Source: Auanema rhodensis (taxonomy: Eukaryota; Animalia; Nematoda). Taken from it: DNA of 64,000 nt. The notes under the pieces were generated by a model. The model had not been told where the DNA came from and did not search any database. It worked only from the letters and a program-made list of their open reading frames with translations. Every line of letters begins with the position of its first letter. Position 1 is the stretch's first letter. A program made the position numbers and the translations under genes. Positions 11,233 to 26,322 of the stretch are shown here, piece by piece. The stretch spans positions 21,328,001-21,392,000 of the forward strand of contig OZ059896.1 in the NCBI GenBank assembly GCA_964057225.1, written 5' to 3'.

Positions 11233-14200
11233 TGAGTTTCCATGTACACTCAACATTGCTTCCAAAAACATTTTGACAAAAATTTTTTCGAAAATTTTCA
11301 AAATAATTTAGCAAAAAGTAGATGTTTTTAGATTCCTTTTTTCAAGGCAAAGACGATGAACAATGTTATTCAACGAAAAAATCAATTCTTCAGGGTGAAA
11401 ATCGAGGATATAAGTGTGAACTTATATCAGTTGATATCTCGGTGCATTTTTAAGCTAGCGCAAATCTGATAACACAGATCGACGCAGCTTGAAAATCCGC
11501 ATCGAATGTACTATACTACATTGAGAAACGCTTAATACAAAAATTAGTTATGATCGTTTGAAAAATGATGCCTTAGTGTATGTTGAGTTTCCATGTACAC
11601 TCAACATTGCTTCCAAAAACATTTTGACAAAAATTTTTTCGAAAAATTTCAAAATAATTTAGCAAAAAGTAGATGTTTTTAGATTCCTTTTTTCAAGGCA
11701 AAGACGATGGACAATGTTATTCAACGAAAAAATTAATTCTTCAGGGTGAAAATCGAGGATATAAGTGTGAACTTATATCAGTTGATATCTCGGTGCATTT
11801 TTAAGCTAGCGCAAATCTGATAACACAGATCGACGCAGCTTAAAAATCCGCATCGAATGCACTTTACTACTTTGAGAAACGCTTAATACAAAAGTTAGTT
11901 ATGATCGTTTGAAAATTGATGCATTAGTGTATGTTGAGTTTCCATGTACACTCAACATTGCTTCCAAAAACATTTTGACAAAAATTTTTTCGAAAAATTT
12001 CAAAATAATTTAGCAAAAAGTAGATGTTTTTAGATTCCTTTTTTCAAGGCAAAGACGATGGACAATGTTATTCAACAAAAAAATTAATTCTTCAGGGTGA
12101 AAATCGAGGATATAAGTGTGCACTTATATCAGTTGATATCTCGGTGCATTTTTAAGCTAGCGCAAATCTGATAACACAGATCGACGCAGCTTAAAAATCC
12201 GCATCGAATGCACTATACTACATTGAGAAACGCTCAATACAAAAATTAGTTATGATCGTTTGAAAAATGATGCCTTAGTGTATGTTGAGTTTCCATGTAC
12301 ACTCAACATTGCTTCCAAAAACATTTTGACAAAAACTTTTTCGAAAAATTTCAAAATAATTTAGCAAAAAGTAGATGTTTTTAGATTCCTTTTTTCAAGG
12401 CAAAGACGATGGACAATGTTATTCAACGAAAAAATTAATTCTTCAGGGTGAAAATCGAGGATATAAGTGTGAACTTATATCAGTTGATATCTCGGTGCAT
12501 TTTTAAGCTAGCGCAAATCTCATAACACAGATCGACGCAGCTTGAAAATCCGCATCGAATGCACTATACTACATTGAGAAACGCTTAATACAAAAATTAG
12601 TTATGATCGTTTGAAAAATGATGCCTTAGTGTATGTTGAGTTTCCATGTACACTCAACATTGCTTCCAAAAACATTTTGACAAAATTTTTTTGAAACATT
12701 TCAAAATAATTTAGCAAAAAGTAGATGTTTTTAGATTCCTTTTTTCAAGGCAAAGACGATGGACAATGTTATTCAACGAAAAAATTAATTCTTCAGGGTG
12801 AAAATCGAGGATATAAGTGTGAACTTATATCAGTTGATATCTCGGTGCATTTTTAAGCTAGCGCAAATCTGATAACACAGATCGACGCAGCTTAAAAATC
12901 CGCATCGAATGCACTTTACTACTTTGAGAAACGCTTAATACAAAAATTAGTTATGATCGTTTGAAAATTGATGCATTAGTGTATGTTGAGTTTCCATGTA
13001 CACTCAACATTGCTTCCAAAAACATTTTGACAAAAATTTTTTCGAAAATTTTCAAAATAATTTAGCAAAAAGTAGATGTTTTTAGATTCCTTTTTTCAAG
13101 GCAAAGACGATGAACAATGTTATTCAACGAAAAAATCAATTCTTCAGGGTGAAAATCGAGGATATAAGTGTGAACTTATATCAGTTGATATCTCGGTGCA
13201 TTTTTAAGCTAGCGCAAATCTGATAACACAGATCGACGCAGCTTGAAAATCCGCATCGAATGTACTATACTACATTGAGAAACGCTTAATACAAAAATTA
13301 GTTATGATCGTTTGAAAAATGATGCCTTAGTGTATGTTGAGTTTCCATGTACACTCAACATTGCTTCCAAAAACATTTTGACAAAAATTTTTTCGAAAAA
13401 TTTCAAAATAATTTAGCAAAAAGTAGATGTTTTTAGATTCCTTTTTTCAAGGCAAAGACGATGGACAATGTTATTCAACGAAAAAATTAATTCTTCAGGG
13501 TGAAAATCGAGGATATAAGTGTGAACTTATATCAGTTGATATCTCGGTGCATTTTTAAGCTAGCGCAAATCTGATAACACAGATCGACGCAGCTTAAAAA
13601 TCCGCATCGAATGCACTTTACTACTTTGAGAAACGCTTAATACAAAAGTTAGTTATGATCGTTTGAAAATTGATGCATTAGTGTATGTTGAGTTTCCATG
13701 TACACTCAACATTGCTTCCAAAAACATTTTGACAAAAATTTTTTCGAAAAATTTCAAAATAATTTAGCAAAAAGTAGATGTTTTTAGATTCCTTTTTTCA
13801 AGGCAAAGACGATGGACAATGTTATTCAACAAAAAAATTAATTCTTCAGGGTGAAAATCGAGGATATAAGTGTGCACTTATATCAGTTGATATCTCGGTG
13901 CATTTTTAAGCTAGCGCAAATCTGATAACACAGATCGACGCAGCTTAAAAATCCGCATCGAATGCACTATACTACATTGAGAAACGCTCAATACAAAAAT
14001 TAGTTATGATCGTTTGAAAAATGATGCCTTAGTGTATGTTGAGTTTCCATGTACACTCAACATTGCTTCCAAAAACATTTTGACAAAAACTTTTTCGAAA
14101 AATTTCAAAATAATTTAGCAAAAAGTAGATGTTTTTAGATTCCTTTTTTCAAGGCAAAGACGATGGACAATGTTATTCAACGAAAAAATTAATTCTTCAG

Positions 14201-14740
14201 GGTGAAAATCGAGGATATAAGTGTGAACTTATATCAGTTGATATCTCGGTGCATTTTTAAGCTAGCGCAAATCTCATAACACAGATCGACGCAGCTTGAA
14301 AATCCGCATCGAATGCACTATACTACATTGAGAAACGCTTAATACAAAAATTAGTTATGATCGTTTGAAAAATGATGCCTTAGTGTATGTTGAGTTTCCA
14401 TGTACACTCAACATTGCTTCCAAAAACATTTTGACAAAATTTTTTTGAAACATTTCAAAATAATTTAGCAAAAAGTAGATGTTTTTAGATTCCTTTTTTC
14501 AAGGCAAAGACGATGGACAATGTTATTCAACGAAAAAATTAATTCTTCAGGGTGAAAATCGAGGATATAAGTGTGAACTTATATCAGTTGATATCTCGGT
14601 GCATTTTTAAGCTAGCGCAAATCTGATAACACAGATCGACGCAGCTTAAAAATCCGCATCGAATGCACTTTACTACTTTGAGAAACGCTTAATACAAAAA
14701 TTAGTTATGATCGTTTGAAAATTGATGCATTAGTGTATGT
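11233..14740. repeat. Tandem 5-mer higher-order repeat x2 (1754-bp unit; m33-37 = m38-42)
   Basis: Same variant series in both units, including the 350-bp monomer (m37, m42). No difference was spotted by eye. Confidence 0.92.
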
Positions 14741-16144
14741 TGAGTTTCCATGTACACTCAACATTGCTTCCAAAAACATTTTGACAAAAACTTTTTCGAA
14801 AAATTTCAAAATAATTTAGCAAAAAGTAGATGTTTTTAGATTCCTTTTTTTAAGGCAAAGACGATGGACAATGTTATTCAACGAAAAAATTAATTCTTCA
14901 GGGTGAAAATCGAGGATATAAGTGTGAACTTATATCAGTTGATATCTCGGTGCATTTTTAAGCTAGCGCAAATCTGATAACACAGATCGACGCAGCTTAA
15001 AAATCCGCATCGAATGCACTTTACTACTTTGAGAAACGCTTAATACAAAAGTTAGTTATGATCGTTTGAAAAATGATGCCTTAGTGTATGTTGAGTTTCC
15101 ATGTACACTCAACATTGCTTCCAAAAACATTTTGACAAAAATTTTTTCGAAAAATTTCAAAATAATTTAGCAAAAAGTAGATGTTTTTAGATTCCTTTTT
15201 TTAAGGCAAAGACGATGGACAATGTTATTCAACGAAAAAATTAATTCTTCAGGGTGAAAATCGAGGATATAAGTGTGAACTTATATCAGTTGATATCTCG
15301 GTGCATTTTTAAGCTAGCGCAAATCTGATAACACAGATCGACGCAGCTTAAAAATCCGCATCGAATGCACTATACCACATTGAGAAACGCTTAATACAAA
15401 AATTAGTTATGATCGTTTGAAAAATGATGCATTAGTGTATGTTGAGTTTCCATGTACACTCAACATTGCTTCCAAAAACATTTTGACAAAAAGTTTTTCG
15501 AAAAATTTCAAAATAATTTAGCAAAAAGTAGATGTTTTTAGATTCCTTTTTTCAAGGCAAAGACGATGGACAATGTTATTCAACAAAAAAATTTATTCTT
15601 CAGGGTGAAAATCGAGGATATAAGTGTGCACTTATATCAGTTGATATCTCGGTGCATTTTTAAGCTAGCGCAAATCTGATAACACAGATCGACGCAGCTT
15701 GAAAATCCGCATCGAATGTACTATACTACATTAAGAAACGCTTAATACAAAAATTAGTTATGATCGTTTGAAAAATGATGCCTTAGTGTATGTTGAGTTT
15801 CCATGTACACTCAACATTGCTTCCAAAAACATTTTGACAAAAATTTTTTCGAAAAATTTCAAAATAATTTAGCAAAAAGTAGATGTTTTTAGATTCCTTT
15901 TTTTAAGGCAAAGACGATGGACAATGTTATTCAACGAAAAAATTAATTCTTCAGGGTGAAAATCGAGGATATAAGTGTGAACTTATATCAGTTGATATCT
16001 CGGTGCATTTTTAAGCTAGCGCAAATCTGATAACACAGATCGACGCAGCTTAAAAATCCGCATCGAATGCACTATACCACATTGAGAAACGCTTAATACA
16101 AAAATTAGTTATGATCGTTTGAAAAATGATGCATTAGTGTATGT

Positions 16145-19100
16145 TGAGTTTCCATGTACACTCAACATTGCTTCCAAAAACATTTTGACAAAAATTTTTT
16201 CGAAAAATTTCAAAATAATTTAGCAAAAAGTAGATGTTTTTAGATTCCTTTTTTCAAGGCAAAGACGATGGACAATGTTATTCAACAAAAAAATTAATTC
16301 TTCAGGGTGAAAATCGAGGATATAAGTGTGCACTTATATCAGTTGATATCTCGGTGCATTTTTAAGCTAGCGCAAATCTGATAACACAGATCGACGCAGC
16401 TTAAAAATCCGCATCGAATGCACTATACTACATTGAGAAACGCTTAATACAAAAATTAGTTATGATCGTTTGAAAAATGATGCCTTAGTGTATTTTGAGT
16501 TTCCATGTACACTCAACATTGCTTCCAAAAACATTTTGACAAAAATTTTTTCGAAAAATTTCAAAATAATTTAGCAAAAAGTAGATGTTTTTAGATTCCT
16601 TTTTTCAAGGCAAAGACGATGGACAATGTTATTCAACAAAAAAATTTATTCTTCAGGGTGAAAATCGAGGATATAAGTGTGCACTTATATCAGTTGATAT
16701 CTCGGTGCATTTTTAAGCTAGCGCAAATCTGATAACACAGATCGACGCAGCTTGAAAATCCGCATCGAATGTACTATACTACATTGAGAAACGCTTAATA
16801 CAAAAATTAGTTATGATCGTTTGAAAAATGATGCCTTAGTGTATGTTGAGTTTCCATGTACACTCAACATTGCTTCCAAAAACATTTTGACAAAAATTTT
16901 TTCGAAAAATTTCAAAATAATTTAGCAAAAAGTAGATGTTTTTAGATTCCTTTTTTTAAGGCAAAGACGATGGACAATGTTATTCAACGAAAAAATTAAT
17001 TCTTCAGGGTGAAAATCGAGGATATAAGTGTGAACTTATAGCAGTTGATATCTCGGTGCATTTTTAAGCTTGCGCAAATCTGATAACACAGATCGACGCA
17101 GCTTAAAAATCCGCATCGAATGCACTATACTACATTGAGAAACGCTTAATACAAAAAATAGTTATGATCGTTTGAAAAATGATGCATTAGTGTATGTTGA
17201 GTTTCCATGTACACTCAACATTGCTTCCAAAAACATTTTGACAAAAATTTTTTCGAAAAATTTCAAAATAATTTAGCAAAAAGTAGATGTTTTTAGATTC
17301 CTTTTTTCAAGGCAAAGACGATGAACAATGTTATTCAACAAAAAAATTAATTCTTCAGGGTGAAAATCGAGGATATAAGTGTGCACTTATATCAGTTGAT
17401 ATCTCGGTGCATTTTTAAGCTAGCGCAAATCTGATAACACAGATCGACGCAGCTTAAAAATCCGCATCGAATGCACTATACTACATTGAGAAACGCTTAA
17501 TACAAAAATTAGTTATGATCGTTTGAAAAATGATGCCTTAGTGTATTTTGAGTTTCCATGTACACTCAACATTGCTTCCAAAAACATTTTGACAAAAATT
17601 TTTTCGAAAAATTTCAAAATAATTTAGCAAAAAGTAGATGTTTTTAGATTCCTTTTTTCAAGGCAAAGACGATGGACAATGTTATTCAACAAAAAAATTT
17701 ATTCTTCAGGGTGAAAATCGAGGATATAAGTGTGCACTTATATCAGTTGATATCTCGGTGCATTTTTAAGCTAGCGCAAATCTGATAACACAGATCGACG
17801 CAGCTTGAAAATCCGCATCGAATGTACTATACTACATTGAGAAACGCTTAATACAAAAATTAGTTATGATCGTTTGAAAAATGATGCCTTAGTGTATGTT
17901 GAGTTTCCATGTACACTCAACATTGCTTCCAAAAACATTTTGACAAAAATTTTTTCGAAAAATTTCAAAATAATTTAGCAAAAAGTAGATGTTTTTAGAT
18001 TCCTTTTTTTAAGGCAAAGACGATGGACAATGTTATTCAACGAAAAAATTAATTCTTCAGGGTGAAAATCGAGGATATAAGTGTGAACTTATAGCAGTTG
18101 ATATCTCGGTGCATTTTTAAGCTTGCGCAAATCTGATAACACAGATCGACGCAGCTTAAAAATCCGCATCGAATGCACTATACTACATTGAGAAACGCTT
18201 AATACAAAAAATAGTTATGATCGTTTGAAAAATGATGCATTAGTGTATGTTGAGTTTCCATGTACACTCAACATTGCTTCCAAAAACATTTTGACAAAAA
18301 TTTTTTCGAAAAATTTCAAAATAATTTAGCAAAAAGTAGATGTTTTTAGATTCCTTTTTTTAAGGCAAAGACGATGGACGATGTTATTCAACGAAAAAAT
18401 TAATTCTTCAGGGTGAAAATCGAGGATATAAGTGTGAACTTATATCAGTTGATATCTCGGTGCATTTTTAAGCTAGCGCAAATCTGATAACACAGATCGA
18501 CGCAGCTTAAAAATCCGCATCGAATGCACTATACTACATTGAGAAACGCTTAATACAAAAATTAGTTATGATCGTTTGAAAAATGATGCCTTAGTGTATT
18601 TTGAGTTTCCATGTACACTCAACATTGCTTCCAAAAACAATTTGACAAAAATTTTTTCGAAAAATTTCAAAATAATTTAGCAAAAAGTAGATGTTTTTAG
18701 ATTCCTTTTTTCAAGGCAAAGACGATGGACAATGTTATTCAACAAAAAAATTTATTCTTCAGGGTGAAAATCGAGGATATAAGTGTGCACTTATATCAGT
18801 TGATATCTCGGTGCATTTTTAAGCTAGCGCAAATCTGATAACACAGATCGACGCAGCTTGAAAATCCGCATCGAATGTACTATACTACATTGAGAAACGC
18901 TTAATACAAAAATTAGTTATGATCGTTTGAAAAATGATGCCTTAGTGTATGTTGAGTTTCCATGTACACTCAACATTGCTTCCAAAAACATTTTGACAAA
19001 AATTTTTTCGAAAAATTTCAAAATAATTTAGCAAAAAGTAGATGTTTTTAGATTCCTTTTTTTAAGGCAAAGACGATGGACAATGTTATTCAACGAAAAA

Positions 19101-19654
19101 ATTAATTCTTCAGGGTGAAAATCGAGGATATAAGTGTGAACTTATAGCAGTTGATATCTCGGTGCATTTTTAAGCTTGCGCAAATCTGATAACACAGATC
19201 GACGCAGCTTGAAAATCCGCATCGAATGTACTATACTACATTGAGAAACGCTTAATACAAAAATTAGTTATGATCGTTTGAAAAATGATGCCTTAGTGTA
19301 TGTTGAGTTTCCATGTACACTCAACATTGCTTCCAAAAACATTTTGACAAAAATTTTTTCGAAAAATTTCAAAATAATTTAGCAAAAAGTAGATGTTTTT
19401 AGATTCCTTTTTTTAAGGCAAAGACGATGGACAATGTTATTCAACGAAAAAATTAATTCTTCAGGGTGAAAATCGAGGATATAAGTGTGAACTTATAGCA
19501 GTTGATATCTCGGTGCATTTTTAAGCTTGCGCAAATCTGATAACACAGATCGACGCAGCTTAAAAATCCGCATCGAATGCACTATACTACATTGAGAAAC
19601 GCTTAATACAAAAAATAGTTATGATCGTTTGAAAAATGATGCATTAGTGTATGT
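16145..19654. repeat. Local 3-mer higher-order repeat, about 3 copies plus an extra monomer (m47-56)
   Basis: The private linked variants TTATAGCAG and AAGCTTGCGC occur in m49, m52, m55 and m56 only. TATTTTGAG recurs every 1053 bp. Confidence 0.85.
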
Positions 19655-22600
19655 TGAGTTTCCATGTACACTCAACATTGCTTCCAAAAACATTTTGACA
19701 AAAATTTTTTCGAAAAATTTCAAAATAATTTAGCAAAAAGTAGATGTTTTTAGATTCCTTTTTTTAAGGCAAAGACGATGGACGATGTTATTCAACGAAA
19801 AAATTAATTCTTCAGGGTGAAAATCGAGGATATAAGTGTGAACTTATATCAGTTGATATCTCGGTGCATTTTTAAGCTAGCGCAAATCTGATAACACAGA
19901 TCGACGCAGCTTAAAAATCCGCATCGAATGCACTATACTACTTTGAGAAACGCTTAATACAAAAATTAGTTATGATCGTTTGAAAAATGATGCATTAGTG
20001 TATGTTGAGTTTTCATGTACACTCAACATTGCTTCCAAAAACATTTTGACAAAAATTTTTTCGAAAAATTTCAAAATAATTTAGCAAAAAGTAGATGTTT
20101 TTAGATTCCTTTTTTCAAGGCAAAGACGATGGACAATGTTATTCAACAAAAAAATTAATTCTTCAGGGTGAAAATCGAGGATATAAGTGTGAACTTATAT
20201 CAGTTGATATCTCGGTGCATTTTTAAGCTAGCGCAAATCTGATAACACAGATCGACGCAGCTTAAAAATCCGCATCGAATGCACTATACCACATTGAGAA
20301 ACGCTTAATACAAAAATTAGTTATGATCGTTTGAAAAATGATGCATTAGTGTATGTTGAGTTTCCATGTACACTCAACATTGCTTCCAAAAACATTTTGA
20401 CAAAAATTTTTTCGAAAAATTTCAAAATAATTTAGCAAAAAGTAGATGTTTTTAGATTCCTTTTTTCAAGGCAAAGACGATGGACAATGTTATTCAACGA
20501 AAAAATTAATTCTTCAGGGTGAAAATCGAGGATATAAGTGTGAACTTATATCAGTTGATATCTCGGTGCATTTTTAAGCTAGCGCAAATCTGATAACACA
20601 GATCGACGCAGCTTAAAAATCCGCATCGAATGCACTATACCACATTGAGAAACGCTTAATACAAAAATTAGTTATGATCGTTTGAAAAATGATGCATTAG
20701 TGTATGTTGAGTTTCCATGTACACTCAACATTGCTTCCAAAAACATTTTGACAAAAATTTTTTCGAAAAATTTCAAAATAATTTAGCAAAAAGTAGATGT
20801 TTTTAGATTCCTTTTTTTAAAGCAAAGACGATGGACGATGTTATTCAACGAAAAAATTTATTCTTCAGGGTGAAAATCGAGGATATAAGTGTGCACTTAT
20901 ATCAGTTGATATCTCGGTGCATTTTTAAGCTAGCGCAAATCTGATAACACAGATCGACGCAGCTTAAAAATCCGCATCGAATGCACTATACTACATTGAG
21001 AAACGCTTAATACAAAAAATAGTTATGATCGTTTGAAAAATGATGCATTAGTGTATGTTGAGTTTTCATGTACACTCAACATTGCTTCCAAAAACATTTT
21101 GACAAAAATTTTTTCGAAAAATTTCAAAATAATTTAGCAAAAAGTAGATGTTTTTAGATTCCTTTTTTTAAGGCAAAGACGATGGACAATGTTATTCAAC
21201 GAAAAAATTAATTCTTCAGGGTGAAAATCGAGGATATAAGTGTGAACTTATATCAGTTGATATCTCGGTGCATTTTTAAGCTAGCGCAAATCTGATAACA
21301 CAGATCGACGCAGCTTAAAAATCCGCATCGAATGCACTATACCACATTGAGAAACGCTTAATACAAGATTAGTTATGATCGTTTGAAAAATGATGCATTA
21401 GTGTATGTTGAGTTTCCATGTACACTCAACATTGCTTCCAAAAACATTTTGACAAAAATTTTTTCGAAAAATTTCAAAATAATTTAGCAAAAAGTAGATG
21501 TTTTTAGATTCCTTTTTTTAAAGCAAAGACGATGGACGATGTTATTCAACGAAAAAATTTATTCTTCAGGGTGAAAATCGAGGATATAAGTGTGAACTTA
21601 TATCAGTTGATATCTCGGTGCATTTTTAAGCTAGCGCAAATCTGATAACACAGATCGACGCAGCTTAAAAATCCGCATCGAATGCACTATACTACATTGA
21701 GAAACGCTTAATACAAAAAATAGTTATGATCGTTTGAAAAATGATGCATTAGTGTATGTTGAGTTTTCATGTACACTCAACATTGCTTCCAAAAACATTT
21801 TGACAAAAATTTTTTCGAAAAATTTCAAAATAATTTAGCAAAAAGTAGATGTTTTTAGATTCCTTTTTTTAAGGCAAAGACGATGGACAATGTTATTCAA
21901 CGAAAAAATTAATTCTTCAGGGTGAAAATCGAGGATATAAGTGTGAACTTATATCAGTTGATATCTCGGTGCATTTTTAAGCTAGCGCAAATCTGATAAC
22001 ACAGATCGACGCAGCTTAAAAATCCGCATCGAATGCACTATACCACATTGAGAAACGCTTAATACAAGAATTAGTTATGATCGTTTGAAAAATGATGCAT
22101 TAGTGTATGTTGAGTTTCCATGTACACTCAACATTGCTTCCAAAAACATTTTGACAAAAATTTTTTCGAAAAATTTCAAAATAATTTAGCAAAAAGTAGA
22201 TGTTTTTAGATTCCTTTTTTCAAGGCAAAGACGATGGACAATGTTATTCAACGAAAAAATTAATTCTTCAGGGTGAAAATCGAGGATATAAGTGTGAACT
22301 TATATCAGTTGATATCTCGGTGCATTTTTAAGCTAGCGCAAATCTGATAACACAGATCGACGCAGCTTAAAAATCCGCATCGAATGCACTATACCACATT
22401 GAGAAACGCTTAATACAAAAATTAGTTATGATCGTTTGAAAAATGATGCATTAGTGTATGTTGAGTTTCCATGTACACTCAACATTGCTTCCAAAAACAT
22501 TTTGACAAAAATTTTTTCGAAAAATTTCAAAATAATTTAGCAAAAAGTAGATGTTTTTAGATTCCTTTTTTTAAAGCAAAGACGATGGACGATGTTATTC

Positions 22601-25600
22601 AACGAAAAAATTTATTCTTCAGGGTGAAAATCGAGGATATAAGTGTGCACTTATATCAGTTGATATCTCGGTGCATTTTTAAGCTAGCGCAAATCTGATA
22701 ACACAGATCGACGCAGCTTAAAAATCCGCATCGAATGCACTATACTACATTGAGAAACGCTTAATACAAAAAATAGTTATGATCGTTTGAAAAATGATGC
22801 ATTAGTGTATGTTGAGTTTTCATGTACACTCAACATTGCTTCCAAAAACATTTTGACAAAAATTTTTTCGAAAAATTTCAAAATAATTTAGCAAAAAGTA
22901 GATGTTTTTAGATTCCTTTTTTTAAGGCAAAGACGATGGACAATGTTATTCAACGAAAAAATTAATTCTTCAGGGTGAAAATCGAGGATATAAGTGTGAA
23001 CTTATATCAGTTGATATCTCGGTGCATTTTTAAGCTAGCGCAAATCTGATAACACAGATCGACGCAGCTTAAAAATCCGCATCGAATGCACTATACCACA
23101 TTGAGAAACGCTTAATACAAGAATTAGTTATGATCGTTTGAAAAATGATGCATTAGTGTATGTTGAGTTTCCATGTACACTCAACATTGCTTCCAAAAAC
23201 ATTTTGACAAAAATTTTTTCGAAAAATTTCAAAATAATTTAGCAAAAAGTAGATGTTTTTAGATTCCTTTTTTTAAGGCAAAGACGATGGACGATGTTAT
23301 TCAACGAAAAAATTAATTCTTCAGGGTGAAAATCGAGGATATAAGTGTGCACTTATATCAGTTGATATCTCGGTGCATTTTTAAGCTAGCGCAAATTTGA
23401 TAACACAGATCGACGCAGCTTAAAAATCCGCATCGAATGCACTATACTACATTGAGAAACGCTTAATACAAAAAATAGTTATGATCGTTTGAAAAATGAT
23501 GCATTAGTGTATGTTGAGTTTCCATGTACACTCAACATTGCTTCCAAAAACATTTTGACAAAAATTTTTTCGAAAAATTTCAAAATAATTTAGCAAAAAG
23601 TAGATGTTTTTAGATTCCTTTTTTCAAGGCAAAGACGATGAACAATGTTATTCAACGAAAAAATCAATTCTTCAGGGTGAAAATCGAGGATATAAGTGTG
23701 AACTTATATCAGTTGATATCTCGGTGCATTTTTAAGCTAGCGCTAATCTGATAACACAGATCGACGCAGCTTGAAAATCCGCATCGAATGTACTATACTA
23801 CATTGAGAAACGCTTAATACAAAAATTAGTTATGATCGTTTGAAAAATGATGCCTTAGTGTATGTTGAGTTTCCATGTACACTCAACATTGCTTCCAAAA
23901 ACATTTTGACAAAAATTTTTTCGAAAAATTTCAAAATAATTTAGCAAAAAGTAGATGTTTTTAGATTCCTTTTTTCAAGGCAAAGACGATGGACAATGTT
24001 ATTCAACGAAAAAATTAATTCTTCAGGGTGAAAATCGAGGATATAAGTGTGAACTTATATCAGTTGATATCTCGGTGCATTTTTAAGCTAGCGCAAATCT
24101 GATAACACAGATCGACGCAGCTTAAAAATCCGCATCGAATGCACTATACCACATTGAGAAACGCTTAATACAAAAATTAGTTATGATCGTTTGAAAAATG
24201 ATGCATTAGTGTATGTTGAGTTTCCATGTACACTCAACATTGCTTCCAAAAACATTTTGACAAAAATTTTTTCGAAAAATTTCAAAATAATTTAGCAAAA
24301 AGTAGATGTTTTTAGATTCCTTTTTTTAAAGCAAAGACGATGGACGATGTTATTCAACGAAAAAATTTATTCTTCAGGGTGAAAATCGAGGATATAAGTG
24401 TGCACTTATATCAGTTGATATCTCGGTGCATTTTTAAGCTAGCGCAAATCTGATAACACAGATCGACGCAGCTTAAAAATCCGCATCGAATGCACTATAC
24501 CACATTGAGAAACGCTTAATACAAAAATTAGTTATGATCGTTTGAAAAATGATGCATTAGTGTATGTTGAGTTTCCATGTACACTCAACATTGCTTCCAA
24601 AAACATTTTGACAAAAATTTTTTCGAAAAATTTCAAAATAATTTAGCAAAAAGTAGATGTTTTTAGATTCCTTTTTTTAAGGCAAAGACGATGGACAATG
24701 TTATTCAACGAAAAAATTAATTCTTCAGGGTGAAAATCGAGGATATAAGTGTGAACTTATATCAGTTGATATCTCGGTGCATTTTTAAGCTAGCGCAAAT
24801 CTGATAACACAGATCGACGCAGCTTAAAAATCCGCATCGAATGCACTATACTACTTTGAGAAACGCTTAATACAAAAATTAGTTATGATCGTTTGAAAAA
24901 TGATGCATTAGTGTATGTTGAGTTTTCATGTACACTCAACATTGCTTCCAAAAACATTTTGACAAAAATTTTTTCGAAAAATTTCAAAATAATTTAGCAA
25001 AAAGTAGATGTTTTTAGATTCCTTTTTTTAAGGCAAAGACGATGGACAATGTTATTCAACGAAAAAATTAATTCTTCAGGGTGAAAATCGAGGATATAAG
25101 TGTGAACTTATATCAGTTGATATCTCGGTGCATTTTTAAGCTAGCGCAAATCTGATAACACAGATCGACGCAGCTTAAAAATCCGCATCGAATGCACTAT
25201 ACCACATTGAGAAACGCTTAATACAAAAATTAGTTATGATCGTTTGAAAAATGATGCATTAGTGTATGTTGAGTTTCCATGTACACTCAACATTGCTTCC
25301 AAAAACATTTTGACAAAAATTTTTTCGAAAAATTTCAAAATAATTTAGCAAAAAGTAGATGTTTTTAGATTCCTTTTTTTAAGGCAAAGACGATGGACAA
25401 TGTTATTCAACGAAAAAATTAATTCTTCAGGGTGAAAATCGAGGATATAAGTGTGAACTTATATCAGTTGATATCTCGGTGCATTTTTAAGCTAGCGCAA
25501 ATCTGATAACACAGATCGACGCAGCTTAAAAATCCGCATCGAATGCACTATACTACTTTGAGAAACGCTTAGTACAAAAATTAGTTATGATCGTTTGAAA

Positions 25601-26322
25601 AATGATGCATTAGTGTATGTTGAGTTTTCATGTACACTCAACATTGCTTCCAAAAACATTTTGACAAAAATTTTTTCGAAAAATTTCAAAATAATTTAGC
25701 AAAAAGTAGATGTTTTTAGATTCCTTTTTTTAAGGCAAAGACGATGGACAATGTTATTCAACGAAAAAATTAATTCTTCAGGGTGAAAATCGAGGATATA
25801 AGTGTGAACTTATATCAGTTGATATCTCGGTGCATTTTTAAGCTAGCGCAAATCTGATAACACAGATCGACGCAGCTTAAAAATCCGCATCGAATGCACT
25901 ATACCACATTGAGAAACGCTTAATACAAAAATTAGTTATGATCGTTTGAAAAATGATGCATTAGTGTATGTTGAGTTTCCATGTACACTCAACATTGCTT
26001 CCAAAAACATTTTGACAAAAATTTTTTCGAAAAATTTCAAAATAATTTAGCAAAAAGTAGATATTTTTAGATTCTTTTTTTTAAGGCAAAGACGATGGAC
26101 GATGTTATTCAACGAAAAAATTAATTCTTCAGGGTGAAAATCGAGGATATAAGTGTGCACTTATATCAGTTGATATCTCGGTGCATTTTTAAGCTAGCGC
26201 AAATCTGATAACACAGATCGACGCAGCTTAAAAATCCGCATCGAATGCACTATACTACATTGAGAAACGCTTAATACAAAAAATAGTTATGATCGTTTGA
26301 AAAATGATGCATTAGTGTATGT

